This document shows positions 28,881-39,327 of a stretch of 64,000 nucleotides of DNA, in pieces; position 1 is the first letter of the stretch, and every line of letters begins with the position of its first letter. A program made the translations under genes and the position numbers. The notes beneath the pieces were generated by a model that saw nothing but the letters and a program-made list of their open reading frames with translations, was not told the origin of the DNA and made no database searches. The DNA lies in IMG/VR virus record IMGVR_UViG_3300027754_000072. One strand, written 5' to 3'. This DNA comes from an uncultured virus (IMG/VR IMGVR_UViG_3300027754_000072) (taxonomy: Duplodnaviria; Heunggongvirae; Uroviricota; Caudoviricetes).

Positions 28881-30010
28881 AGGCAATTAAAATGACATGG
28901 TTTACTTCTATTTTAACTTTTGGTGGTATTTTTGTTGGCATATGGGCAACCATTAAATATGTTATTTTGTTTGAATTAAGAATTGATAATAATACCTTTA
29001 GAACTTTATATGAATTATCTTTAAAAGAAGCTAAATTTATATTAGAAGAAGAATTCTTTTCTGAGAAAAGGCAACCTGTTATTTACAGAGCTTTTTGTTT
29101 TTTTAAAAATCAACCTTGGTTTTACTTAACCCATGGAGAAAGGCTTCTTCAGGCAGGATTCAATGGAAAAGATCAAATATCTTATGTAATTTGTGCAAGG
29201 TGGAACTTTAATAAGCTTAAAATATTTTTAAAATCTAATCTTCCATGTTTACAATTAGAATATTTTGGTATTCCAATTAGAGTTGCAAATCCTTGGTTTA
29301 CAGATAAAATTGGATCAATTAAAGAAGCTAATTATCCAATTCAAGCTGAATCTTTTTGGAAGGATCTAGATGAAGACATTCAGCTTGTTGTTGATGGTAA
29401 CATTTCAAAAGCTAGTGCAATTTTTTATGGTGAGCCTGGTAATGGCAAAAGCTCTTTAGTTAAGTACCTAGCAGTTAAATATAAATTGCCGATAGTAATT
29501 TTGACTTTTGTGCCAGAATATACAAATATGGAAATCATGTACATGTTTTCGCAAATAAGCGAAAATTGCATAGTTTTACTTGAAGATTTTGACAATTATT
29601 TCGATAAAAGAAAATGTATTATAGGAGAAAGCAATAGTGGAACTAATAATGTTGGCATTAAGTTTACATTTGACTCAATATTAAATTGTTTAGATGGCGT
29701 TTATAATAATTATAAAAAAACAGTATTTATTATGACTGTTAATGATATTGAAAAGGTTGATATTGCGTTGAAGAATAGACCAAGCAGATTTAAGCATTTG
29801 ATGAACTTTGATAATCCAGATTTTGAATTAAGATTTAAAATAATACCATATTGGGCAGAAGAAACTTCTGGATTAAACTTGGATCAAATTTTTAGGATGA
29901 AAGAATTTAAAGAAAAAGGATTTTCTTTAACCGATTCTTTATCTAAAATTAAAATAGAAAAACAAATAGAAGACATGGAAAATAAAGATTTAAACATGCC
30001 GTATATTTAA
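28877..30010 (+). CDS. Membrane-anchored BCS1-like AAA+ ATPase
   Basis: N-terminal TM, YGEPGNGKSSL, LLEDFD, ILNCLDG, MTVN, ALKNRPSRF. Confidence 0.8.
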   Translation: MKAIKMTWFTSILTFGGIFVGIWATIKYVILFELRIDNNTFRTLYELSLKEAKFILEEEFFSEKRQPVIYRAFCFFKNQPWFYLTHGERLLQAGFNGKDQISYVICARWNFNKLKIFLKSNLPCLQLEYFGIPIRVANPWFTDKIGSIKEANYPIQAESFWKDLDEDIQLVVDGNISKASAIFYGEPGNGKSSLVKYLAVKYKLPIVILTFVPEYTNMEIMYMFSQISENCIVLLEDFDNYFDKRKCIIGESNSGTNNVGIKFTFDSILNCLDGVYNNYKKTVFIMTVNDIEKVDIALKNRPSRFKHLMNFDNPDFELRFKIIPYWAEETSGLNLDQIFRMKEFKEKGFSLTDSLSKIKIEKQIEDMENKDLNMPYI

Positions 30011-30068
30011 ATTGTAATTCCATAAATTTAAAGCTATTTAGTTTTATTACTTTAGGGATATATAAATT

Positions 30069-30446
30069 ATGGTAAATAACAATCAACAAATTTGGGATTT
30101 ATTAGAAAAACAAGATATTTCAAAAGTTTATATTTCTTATTCTACTAAAAGAAAAAAAGTAGAAGACCAAATAAGTATTATAATTCAAGATGTTACAATT
30201 GTTTGCAAGCATGCAAATCATTCTATTTTTCACGATGAGATATTTAAAGAAGATTCATTTTTAAGAATGCCTATTTTTAATAGTCACAAAGAAATTATAG
30301 GAAAATCGGATGGGTTGTTAACATATGACAATATTAAAAGAAAAATAACATTAAAAGGAAAGTACAATAAAAAAATTATAGAAGAATATAAAATAGAATT
30401 GGATGAAAAACATGAATGTTTTAAAGCCAACATTGACAACGATTAG
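30069..30446 (+). CDS. Hypothetical protein
   Basis: 125 aa ORF. Confidence 0.55.
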   Translation: MVNNNQQIWDLLEKQDISKVYISYSTKRKKVEDQISIIIQDVTIVCKHANHSIFHDEIFKEDSFLRMPIFNSHKEIIGKSDGLLTYDNIKRKITLKGKYNKKIIEEYKIELDEKHECFKANIDND

Positions 30447-30675
30447 TTCTGTTTTGATTGCTTATGGTATCTTTTTGATATCTTGGCCAGCTCCGTTTTT
30501 ATTTTTAGTACCAGAAGACTTTAAGTTTATAATTTTTAATTGGATTTACAATCTTGATAATGATAAAAGTAAAATGCCAGAATTACTTTTTTTGTGGTTT
30601 TTTTGGCATGTTCCTTGTGGAATTTTTTATTTTTTAATTGGATGTTTAGTAAAATTTACAAAAGATAATTTATGA
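30403..30675 (+). CDS. Small membrane protein
   Basis: Two hydrophobic segments. Confidence 0.55.
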   Translation: MKNMNVLKPTLTTISSVLIAYGIFLISWPAPFLFLVPEDFKFIIFNWIYNLDNDKSKMPELLFLWFFWHVPCGIFYFLIGCLVKFTKDNL

Positions 30676-31199
30676 AAAATATATTTTTAATTGCTGACAC
30701 ACATTTTGGGGATCAAAAATTATGTGATATACAATTTTTTAATGGAGAAAAATATCGTCCTTGGGATAAGGCTTCTGACATGGATGAAGCTTTAATATGC
30801 AAATGGAATGAAGTTGTCGGGAAAAATGATATTGTTTATCATCTTGGTGATGTAGCAGTTCAAAAAGAAAAATTAAAGCTGTTAGGCAAATGCAATGGTG
30901 AGAAAGTTCTTATAAGAGGAAATAAAGATAATTTTGGGCTTATTAATTATGTTCCTTATTTTTCTGATATTAAAGGTATTCATGTAATTGATAAGTTTAT
31001 TTTAAGTCATGTTCCTTTATTTCATGCTTGTATTAAAGATGGAAGGGTTAATGTTCATGGTCATTTGCACAGACAAGAAATTAAAAACAATAAATATTTA
31101 AATGTCAGTGTTGAAAAAATAAATTACAAGCCTGTTTCGATTGATGAAATAAAAATTAAATTAGATAGAGATCAAATGTATTCTTTGTTCGCAGATTAA
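30672..31199 (+). CDS. Calcineurin-like metallophosphoesterase
   Basis: ADTHFG, HLGD, RGNKD (canonical GNHD), LSHVP, HGHLH, NVSVE. Confidence 0.88.
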   Translation: MKNIFLIADTHFGDQKLCDIQFFNGEKYRPWDKASDMDEALICKWNEVVGKNDIVYHLGDVAVQKEKLKLLGKCNGEKVLIRGNKDNFGLINYVPYFSDIKGIHVIDKFILSHVPLFHACIKDGRVNVHGHLHRQEIKNNKYLNVSVEKINYKPVSIDEIKIKLDRDQMYSLFAD

Positions 31200-31266
31200 T
31201 AGCATGCAATAAAAAGCATGTTTTTTTAAAAGTTAGTTTGTTTTTAAACCAAGAATTAACTATGGT

Positions 31267-32145
31267 TTATTTTCCTAAAATATAATCAACAAAATTTAAA
31301 GTCATTTGGAAATTTGGTTTTTCCAAAAATGAATAATCTTTTTTAATTTTATCTACGATTAAAGAATCTTTAATAATCTGATCAACCTCTTGAGTTACTT
31401 GATTTTCAGTAATAATTTTTAATTCTGCGTTATGAATTGTGTCTCTATATTTTTTCATAGGATAAAAGTGTTTATTAACTTTAACTTCAATTTTTTTGCC
31501 AATAAAAGTTTCAAGTTCTTTTTCTGTAAGTGCTATATGAATAAATGCCTTATTTGATTCATGGTATAAGTGACCTCCGTGTCTTGATGTCCAAGGATGC
31601 ATTCTTGCATAAATTTTACCATCAGGAGACAATACTTCTTTTAATTTTTTAAATATTTCAATTTCTGATTCTCCTTCTATGTGATCAAATACATCATATA
31701 GAAGAATAATATCATATGGGCCACTTTCTACGACTTTTTCCCAATTAGTTGTAAAAGAGGTTGGCATTTTATTTTTTAATTTTGAATCAAATGTATCTTT
31801 TATATCATATCCAATGCAAACTGATGCTTTGCTATCTTCGGCAGCAGATACAATATGTCCTTCTCCGCACCCAAAATCTAAAAATCTTTTATTTTTAATA
31901 TTTTCTTCAATATAAAGGTCTAAAACACTAGTTGCTCTTTCTATTTTATCTTCTTCAGAATTTACATCACATATCATGTTGGGATCTACAGCTTCTGGCC
32001 AAAGAGGATTTTTTAAATCTTCTAAAGCAAGATAATATGTTGCTGAATTATTAATATTAGGTAACAAAGATGTAATCTTTTCTCCCATGATATCAATTTT
32101 TTCATTAAGTTTTTTAATTTCTTCGATTAAAGTTTCTTCATTCAT
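31267..32145 (-). CDS. Class I SAM-dependent methyltransferase
   Basis: FLDFGCGEG, GYDI, YDIILLYDVFDH, LSPDG. Confidence 0.85.
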   Translation of the reverse strand: MNEETLIEEIKKLNEKIDIMGEKITSLLPNINNSATYYLALEDLKNPLWPEAVDPNMICDVNSEEDKIERATSVLDLYIEENIKNKRFLDFGCGEGHIVSAAEDSKASVCIGYDIKDTFDSKLKNKMPTSFTTNWEKVVESGPYDIILLYDVFDHIEGESEIEIFKKLKEVLSPDGKIYARMHPWTSRHGGHLYHESNKAFIHIALTEKELETFIGKKIEVKVNKHFYPMKKYRDTIHNAELKIITENQVTQEVDQIIKDSLIVDKIKKDYSFLEKPNFQMTLNFVDYILGK

Positions 32146-32200
32146 AGTATTTTATTATAATAAATAAGTTAGAAAAATTTTTAAATTTCTTGGAAATAAA

Positions 32201-33826
32201 ATGGCAAAATATTTAGTTGTTCTAGGAGGAGTTTTTAGTGGCATTGGAAAAGGCATTTCCATTGCTTCGATTGGATATCTTCTTTTCTTAAGAGGATTGA
32301 AGGTTATACCAATAAAATTTGATCCTTATTTGAATACTGATGCTGGTATACTTGCTCCAAGAGAACATGGAGAAGTATTTCTTTGTAATGATGGAAGTGA
32401 AACAGATTTAGATTTAGGGCATTATGAAAGAATTATTGGTTGTCAAGTTTCTAAAAACAACATTTATACAAGCGGAACTCTTTATAAAGAAATTATACAA
32501 GAACAAGAAGATGGTAAGTATTTAGGAGAAACAGTTCAAGTTGTTCCTCATTTAACAAATAAAATCATTGATAAATTAAAAAGTATTGGCAAAGACAATG
32601 ATGTTGTATTGGTAGAAATTGGTGGAACAGTAAGTGATATTGAAAGTATGCCTTTTATGGAAGCAATAAGGCAATTTAAGCAAAAAAATTCAAGTGATGT
32701 TATTATTGCTTTGTGTGCTCCAATTCTTTGGGTGCCAACTATAAAAGAATTTAAAACAAAGCCTTTGCAACAAGCTGTAAATTACATGCAATCTTGTGGT
32801 CTAATGCCAGAAGTATTATTGTGTAGATCAGATAGAGAAATTCCATCAAAGATATTGGATAAAATTAGTGCTTTTACAAATGTTCCTAAAGATGCAGTTT
32901 TTGAAGCTTTAGATGTTAAATCAATATACCAAGTTCCAATTGAATTTTATAATCGTCATGTAGACGATTTAATTATAGATAAATTTCACTTGCCAAGAAA
33001 CGGTTTGAGAATTCATAAATATAAAGATTTAGTAGAAAAATATGTTAATTGTGAAGATTTACATTCAGTAAACATTGGTATTTTAGGCAAATATGATAAT
33101 TGCGATGAAGCTTATTTAAGCTTAAGAGAAGCTATTTTTCACGCTGGCGTAGCAGAGAATGTTAAAGTTAATATTGTTTGGATGTCTGCTCAAGAATTAG
33201 AGCAGAATAAAGACTCTAAGTTAGCGTTTAAAATATTTGAAGATCTTGATGGTTTAATTATACCTGGTGGTTTTGATTCTAAAGGGGTAGAAGGAAAAAT
33301 TAAAGGTATAAATTACGCAAGAAACAAAAAGATTCCATTTTTAGGTATATGCCTTGGTTTACAATGTGCTGTAATTGAATTTGCAAGACATGTTGGCCTT
33401 GAAAATGCTAATAGTCAAGAATTCGACATAGAGACAAAAAATCCAGTTGTTCACTTTATCGCAGGACAAGAAAAACTAAAGAAAAAAGCAGCTACTATGC
33501 GATTGGGAGCATACGATTGTGATTTAGTAAAAGATTCTTTGGCATTTGATCTTTATAAGAAAAAAACAATATCAGAACGCCATAGGCATCGTTATGAAGT
33601 AAACGATGCTTTAATTGATGATAGGTTTGAAAAAGAAGGATTTAGAATTACTGGTAGACATCCAGAGACTAATTTAGTTGAAATTATTGAGATTGATAGA
33701 GAAAAACATCCTTACTTTATAGCTACTCAAGCTCATCCAGAATTCAAGAGTAGGTTGACTTCTCCTTCTCCTTTGTTTTTAGGATTAATTCAAGCTGCAA
33801 AAAAGAAGAGGAACATTAATATATAA
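32201..33826 (+). CDS. pyrG: CTP synthase
   Basis: GGVFSGIGKG, KFDPYLN, ETDLDLGHYER, KTKPLQ, GICLGLQ, ERHRHRYEVN, QAHPEF. Confidence 0.97.
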   Translation: MAKYLVVLGGVFSGIGKGISIASIGYLLFLRGLKVIPIKFDPYLNTDAGILAPREHGEVFLCNDGSETDLDLGHYERIIGCQVSKNNIYTSGTLYKEIIQEQEDGKYLGETVQVVPHLTNKIIDKLKSIGKDNDVVLVEIGGTVSDIESMPFMEAIRQFKQKNSSDVIIALCAPILWVPTIKEFKTKPLQQAVNYMQSCGLMPEVLLCRSDREIPSKILDKISAFTNVPKDAVFEALDVKSIYQVPIEFYNRHVDDLIIDKFHLPRNGLRIHKYKDLVEKYVNCEDLHSVNIGILGKYDNCDEAYLSLREAIFHAGVAENVKVNIVWMSAQELEQNKDSKLAFKIFEDLDGLIIPGGFDSKGVEGKIKGINYARNKKIPFLGICLGLQCAVIEFARHVGLENANSQEFDIETKNPVVHFIAGQEKLKKKAATMRLGAYDCDLVKDSLAFDLYKKKTISERHRHRYEVNDALIDDRFEKEGFRITGRHPETNLVEIIEIDREKHPYFIATQAHPEFKSRLTSPSPLFLGLIQAAKKKRNINI

Positions 33827-33829
33827 AAT

Positions 33830-34213
33830 ATGGAAAACTTTAAAGACTTCTTTTTTTTAGAATCAAAAGAATTTTTCGCTACTCAATGTGGTGACATTTT
33901 AAATGCAATTCAAAATTTAGAAGATGAATCTGAACATATTGGCACTAGAAATTTAGTAAGATATGGTTCTAATATTGCTAATAGCATTAGAAATTTAATT
34001 CATTCTCATTGGACAGATGATCTAGAAGACCATTTGCGAATTTTGCAAAAAGCAGGTGTTGCAATTTTAAAAGCAATTGAAGAATCTTCTGATTTATTAG
34101 AAACTATAAAATCAGCTAGGTTAGCCTTAGATGAATTAGTTAAAAAATTAGGCATGCCAATCAATGATGTTGGAGTCCCAGAAAAAGAATCAAAATCTAA
34201 AGAATCAGAATAA
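33830..34213 (+). CDS. Hypothetical protein with capsid-targeting-like N-terminus
   Basis: MENFKDFFFLES. Confidence 0.65.
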   Translation: MENFKDFFFLESKEFFATQCGDILNAIQNLEDESEHIGTRNLVRYGSNIANSIRNLIHSHWTDDLEDHLRILQKAGVAILKAIEESSDLLETIKSARLALDELVKKLGMPINDVGVPEKESKSKESE

Positions 34214-35001
34214 TGTGTGGATTAGCTGGATTTATTGGAACATCAAAAAATAAAGATTTATCTTTTAAATTGATTACATCTATTTTTTTAAATTCTCAAG
34301 TTAGAGGAATTGATGCATGTGGATTTTATGCTTGTGCAAATGAAAATACTTTTTTTCACAAACAAAAAGGAAAAGCAAGCAGTTTAATAGAATCAAATAT
34401 TTGGAATGATTTAAAACTTCAAGACTTAGATTTATTATTAGCACATACTAGAAGAACATCGTTAAATTCTGGATCTTCTGAATTTAATATTAACAATCAT
34501 CCTTTTGTTCTTGATAATTCAGCATTAATACACAATGGAGTTATTCATGATTATGAAAAAATAAAAGAATTTATTGAAACTGCTTCTACTTGTGACTCAG
34601 AAGTATTATTGAATTTTATCTCTAATTATACCGATAATTATTTTTTAGATAGATTAGAAAAAATTAAAGAACTTTTATTCTTTATAAGAAACAGCGAGTT
34701 TGCTTTTTGTTTATCAGATAAATTAAAAAATTCAAAGAATATATGGCTTGTTAAAAACGATAAAAGACCATTGTTTTTAATCAATTGTAAAGAAGACTTG
34801 AATCAATATTTTTTTCTTTCAACTATTGAAATTTGGCAAGATTCCATAGAAAAAATAAAAAATATTAATAAACTTTTACCAAATTATAGTATTTTAGAAA
34901 TACCAAATTATTCAATATTAAACATTTGTTTTGAAAATAATAAATTTAAAGAAATTTTTTTTAACTATAATACTTTTGATTTTGAAGAAAAATATTATTG
35001 A
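34213..35001 (+). CDS. Class II (Ntn) glutamine amidotransferase
   Basis: N-terminal MCGLAG, RGIDACG, AHTR, NNHPF, HNGVI, CDSE. Confidence 0.9.
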   Translation: MCGLAGFIGTSKNKDLSFKLITSIFLNSQVRGIDACGFYACANENTFFHKQKGKASSLIESNIWNDLKLQDLDLLLAHTRRTSLNSGSSEFNINNHPFVLDNSALIHNGVIHDYEKIKEFIETASTCDSEVLLNFISNYTDNYFLDRLEKIKELLFFIRNSEFAFCLSDKLKNSKNIWLVKNDKRPLFLINCKEDLNQYFFLSTIEIWQDSIEKIKNINKLLPNYSILEIPNYSILNICFENNKFKEIFFNYNTFDFEEKYY

Positions 35002-35017
35002 TTAATTAGGAGGATAT

Positions 35018-35551
35018 ATGAATGAAGATTGGGAAAAAGATTATGAAGTTGATGATATTTTGAAAAATGAGAAAAAAACAAAAAAAGTAAATGGTAATAG
35101 CAAGGGTAAAAGAACTGAAAGATCTTTAGCAAATATATTAAATAAAAGATTTACTAGTGGTTTTAGTCGTACAGTAGGTTCTGGAAATCGTTGGGCACAA
35201 GTAAAAAACTTACCTCAACACGCAAAAGACACTTTGACAGGCGATTTGTGCTGTCCTGAAGGATTTAAATTTGTAATTGAATCTAAAGGTGGCTATTCAA
35301 AGGTTGATTTAAACAACATATTTGATAAGGGAAACTCAGAGTTAGATGAGTTTATCGAGCAAGTTTCTAAAGATTCAGAAAGATGTGAAAAAAAACCATT
35401 GCTGATATGGAAAAAAAATCATAAGCCTTGGCTTGCTTTTGTAAAGAGTCAAGATTTACAAGGGGACTATAACTACAAGATTATATATAGAGATTGGGTT
35501 ATTGTACCATTAAAAGAACTTCTTGAATTACCAGATAGTTATTTTTTTTAA
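35018..35551 (+). CDS. Holliday junction resolvase-like PD-(D/E)XK nuclease
   Basis: SKGKRTER, GSG, GDL...VIESKGG, PLLIWK. Confidence 0.8.
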   Translation: MNEDWEKDYEVDDILKNEKKTKKVNGNSKGKRTERSLANILNKRFTSGFSRTVGSGNRWAQVKNLPQHAKDTLTGDLCCPEGFKFVIESKGGYSKVDLNNIFDKGNSELDEFIEQVSKDSERCEKKPLLIWKKNHKPWLAFVKSQDLQGDYNYKIIYRDWVIVPLKELLELPDSYFF

Positions 35552-35559
35552 TTATAAAA

Positions 35560-36192
35560 ATGAATATAGGAATATTACTAGCTGCTGGCAAAAGCTCAAG
35601 ATTTAATAGTAAAATCCCAAAGCAGCTGTATAAGATTAACGAAAAACCAATTATAAGTTATTCATTTGAAGCAATGAAAGATTACTTGGATGATATATTA
35701 ATTGTTACAAATAGCTCATGTTACAAAAAAATTAAAAGCATTTATCCTAAAACAAAAATAGTTATAAACAATAAAGATTGTAGATTTGAATCTTTAAAAA
35801 TAGCAATTAATAATATTAAAGGAGATGTTGAAAACATTGTAATACATGATGTAGCTAGACCATACATAAAGTCTAATAATATAAAAGAGCTTTTAGAAAA
35901 GTCAAAAACTCATATGTACTCTCAGTACTATTTGAAATTAACAAATGGATTAGTTGAGAAAAATACCAATGGTTATGATGTTGTGGATAGAAACAAATAC
36001 ATAGAATTGTGTACTCCAAAAATTATTGATTATCATTTGTTTAAATTTTTATTTGATAAATATATTTATCCAAAAAACAGGATAACATGTGAAGTGCTTC
36101 CTTTAATGAATAAATTTAATATAAAACATTGTCTAATAGAAGGATCAAATAGATATTTAAGAAAAGTTACAACCGTAGATGATATTTATTAA
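35560..36192 (+). CDS. IspD/TarI-like cytidylyltransferase
   Basis: LLAAGKSSRF...PKQL, RFESL, IHDVARP, KVTTVDD. Confidence 0.88.
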   Translation: MNIGILLAAGKSSRFNSKIPKQLYKINEKPIISYSFEAMKDYLDDILIVTNSSCYKKIKSIYPKTKIVINNKDCRFESLKIAINNIKGDVENIVIHDVARPYIKSNNIKELLEKSKTHMYSQYYLKLTNGLVEKNTNGYDVVDRNKYIELCTPKIIDYHLFKFLFDKYIYPKNRITCEVLPLMNKFNIKHCLIEGSNRYLRKVTTVDDIY

Positions 36193-36928
36193 TAAAAAAA
36201 TACCAGTAATAATATGGATGTACCACACTGAATTATGGGATGAATTTTTACAATTACTTGTTAAAAATAAGAATTATGTATATCCAGTTGTTGGATTGTG
36301 TAAGGGCAATGATAATAAAACTATTATAAAATCAATTAAAGAAAATTTTAATGAATTTAATATTGATTATTATGATAATTATGGCAAGGACATAGGCCCA
36401 TTTCTATATCAAATACAAAAAATAGAATCTTCTTTTTTTATAAAGATACATTCTAAAAAGTCTAAATTAACTTTTGACGAATCTATTAATTGGAGAGAAT
36501 TGCTTGTAAACGACCTTTTAGGAGAGGTTCTGTTGTCTAATATAAAAACTTTAAGTTCAGATAAAATACTCTTACCTTGGAAAAAAATTGGAAATAATGA
36601 TATTGGATTAATTTCTAATAGAAGATTTATAACAAGCAACCATGAATATAAAAATAAAGAAAACATAAAACAAATTTGTAATATAATTAATATTGATTAT
36701 GAAAAACTTAAAAACGGTAGATTTATTAGCGGAACTATGTTCATGAGTAGAACTGATATATTTAAGAAATACTTCAACTGTGTTACCTTGCCAAAAATTA
36801 TAAAATTAATAAAGCCTGAAACAGGCGATGTAAAAGATACAGTATTTGGAACATTTACTCATGCACTTGAAAGAATATTTGGATATATCATAACAAATGA
36901 AGGAATGAGAATAACTTCTCCTAATTAA
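36179..36928 (+). CDS. RgpF-like glycosyltransferase (rhamnan synthesis F family)
   Basis: NYGKDIGPF, KIHSKKS, WRELL..DLL, FISGTMF, HALERIFG. Confidence 0.8.
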   Translation: MIFINKKIPVIIWMYHTELWDEFLQLLVKNKNYVYPVVGLCKGNDNKTIIKSIKENFNEFNIDYYDNYGKDIGPFLYQIQKIESSFFIKIHSKKSKLTFDESINWRELLVNDLLGEVLLSNIKTLSSDKILLPWKKIGNNDIGLISNRRFITSNHEYKNKENIKQICNIINIDYEKLKNGRFISGTMFMSRTDIFKKYFNCVTLPKIIKLIKPETGDVKDTVFGTFTHALERIFGYIITNEGMRITSPN

Positions 36929-38669
36929 TTTTAATATTATTTAAAAATGTAGTAATTAATTGTAATTTATCATTTCTTTCTACAGCTTCAGATAATTTAA
37001 CATTTAATACATCTAAATATTTAATAAAATTATTTAAATTATTTGTATTGTCAGCTAAATATTTAAATTCAGCTAATCCATAATCTACAAATGTTATTTT
37101 TTCATCTAATACTAATATATTTTGAAGTCTAAATTCTGGATAAAAAATACTATTGTTTGTTAATTCATTGAATATATCTTTTATTTGTGTTTTCCAATCT
37201 TTAGGCAAGTTAAAATTATCATATAATGATTCTCCACAATAAGACATCTTTATTGTTTTGCTTTCTATATCAAAACTTATTAATTTCGGCACACTATTTA
37301 AATTTTGTATTTTTTTTAATATGTCTAATTCTTTTTTAAATATATCTAATGAATTTTCATGACCTTCTGTAATCCATCTTAATTTATCATTATATTTTTT
37401 AACTACAATATTATTTTTAGGAAGTAGATAAATATGAGCAGTTGACCCAAATCCATAAGCTTTTAATTTTTCGTTAAATTCATCATCTATACTATTATGA
37501 TATTTGAAATTTTCAATAGTATGTAAAAATATACTTATTAAGTTAACGGATTCTGATTCATCTTTAATTCCTTTTTTACTACATTGCAAAAAGAATCTCA
37601 TGCTTTCTAACATTTCAATATATGCTGGAAAATCAATATATTCATTGATATTTATTTCGTAAGTTTCTTTATTTTTATTGTGTTTTTTAAAAGAATCTGG
37701 ATTATGATGTAGCACATATTCATATAAAATATCATACATTAAATTCAATGATATTATTTTATTTCTTTCATCATTATCAGATAAAATATTATCTATGAAA
37801 AAACTAAGACTATTTTCTATTTTTTTAATTCTTTCTCTAATTGGTTCGTAGTGGGGAGAATTAAATATAACATGAAGATTATTCTGTGTATTTGTTGATA
37901 TGTTTTTTTGATATACAGTTTCTTGAATATTATAAATATTTAATTTTTTGTGTAAATTAGATATTAAAACATCGACCTGATCTATAATTGGATAAAGATT
38001 TTTAAATAATACAGGAATGCATTTGTGATTTATAATGTAAAAATGTGTAGAGTGAAATTCATCGTCAAATTTATACCAAATATTATTGTATATTTTGTTT
38101 TTAGAACAAGCATTTAGCATTACGATATCCCAATCATCTGGTATTTCTTTAATGTATTTTTCAATGTTTTCTGTGTTTGCTACAGAGATATCATCTTCTG
38201 TTATTATTGTGTAATCTTTGAAATTAATATAACCATATATCATGCTTCTTAAATGAGAAATGTAACATGCCAAAGGGCCATCTTGAATGTGTATATTATC
38301 ATCGTTTATTTTTGAAAACTGGTCTATTTTTAATGGCTTTAATTCTATATTTGGATTAAAATCTGAAAGAAAATGTAAAACAAAAGATAAGTCATTTATT
38401 AGTTGTTCTTTGTTTTTCCAATTAGTTGCTTTTAAATGGGAAAAATTATTTAAAGATATTTTTTTAAATTCATTTATTGTACTTTCATATCTTTTATAAT
38501 CTTTTTCAAGATTTATCATAATGCAATTCATGTCAATTTTTTTTTTAAACAAATGCTTTTCTATGATTTCTTTAATGTTAATTTTTTTATCTGATAAATT
38601 ACTTGCATATTCTTCATATTGGAATCTTTTAACATCTACTCCTATTAATCTCTTGTCTTTATTATTCAT
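36921..38669 (-). CDS. GT25-family glycosyltransferase fused to a kinase-like C-terminal domain
   Basis: INLEKDYKR, ACYISH, ITEDD, STHFYII; C-terminal GFGSTA, VVKK, KELDIL, PEFRLQNIL, FVDYGLA. Confidence 0.75.
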   Translation of the reverse strand: MNNKDKRLIGVDVKRFQYEEYASNLSDKKINIKEIIEKHLFKKKIDMNCIMINLEKDYKRYESTINEFKKISLNNFSHLKATNWKNKEQLINDLSFVLHFLSDFNPNIELKPLKIDQFSKINDDNIHIQDGPLACYISHLRSMIYGYINFKDYTIITEDDISVANTENIEKYIKEIPDDWDIVMLNACSKNKIYNNIWYKFDDEFHSTHFYIINHKCIPVLFKNLYPIIDQVDVLISNLHKKLNIYNIQETVYQKNISTNTQNNLHVIFNSPHYEPIRERIKKIENSLSFFIDNILSDNDERNKIISLNLMYDILYEYVLHHNPDSFKKHNKNKETYEININEYIDFPAYIEMLESMRFFLQCSKKGIKDESESVNLISIFLHTIENFKYHNSIDDEFNEKLKAYGFGSTAHIYLLPKNNIVVKKYNDKLRWITEGHENSLDIFKKELDILKKIQNLNSVPKLISFDIESKTIKMSYCGESLYDNFNLPKDWKTQIKDIFNELTNNSIFYPEFRLQNILVLDEKITFVDYGLAEFKYLADNTNNLNNFIKYLDVLNVKLSEAVERNDKLQLITTFLNNIKIN

Positions 38670-38671
38670 TT

Positions 38672-39325
38672 TTAATCCTCTTCGTTTAATAATTCATGGG
38701 AATTAATTGTTATAACATTGTCCATCCATTCTTCTGCTTTGTGAGAATAAGGGCTTGATTTAAATTTTTTATTATAATCAGATCCGTAATTCATTTGTAA
38801 AAATTTATTAGTATTTTTAGGAATAAATGTTTTTATACCTAAAAAATCTACCATTTCAAATGGTAAAAAGTTATTTATATCCCATTCTTTTTTAAAAAAT
38901 AATATTGATTTATCATTAGATTCATATGCGAATAAATCAACAAATGGCCAGCAATACTCTTTTCCTTTTAATGCACATTCTTTCCAATATTTAACCCTTG
39001 AATTTTCTAATATTTCATTTCCATTTGAATAACAAAATTTTATTGTTTCTTTTTTGTCTTTGTAGAAAACATTAATGTTATTGTATTTTTTTGAAATATC
39101 ATAAATTTTTTTAAATATAGTATCGTCTACTAATAAGTCAATATCGTCATCCCAAGGTATAAAATCATTGTGTCTAACATATCCTAGAAGAGTCCCAGAA
39201 ATTAAACAATGATTTATTTCAAAATCTTTTAGAACAGCAATAGTTTCTTCTAATAATTTAATTGCTATTTTTTTATGATTACCAAAGCCATTATTTTCAT
39301 TAAAGTAATTTTTAAAATTTTCCAT
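38672..39325 (-). CDS. LicD-family phosphotransferase
   Basis: GTLLGYVRHNDFIPWDDDIDL, FVDLF, FLQMNYG; N-terminus MENFKNYFNE. Confidence 0.88.
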   Translation of the reverse strand: MENFKNYFNENNGFGNHKKIAIKLLEETIAVLKDFEINHCLISGTLLGYVRHNDFIPWDDDIDLLVDDTIFKKIYDISKKYNNINVFYKDKKETIKFCYSNGNEILENSRVKYWKECALKGKEYCWPFVDLFAYESNDKSILFFKKEWDINNFLPFEMVDFLGIKTFIPKNTNKFLQMNYGSDYNKKFKSSPYSHKAEEWMDNVITINSHELLNEED

Positions 39326-39327
39326 TT

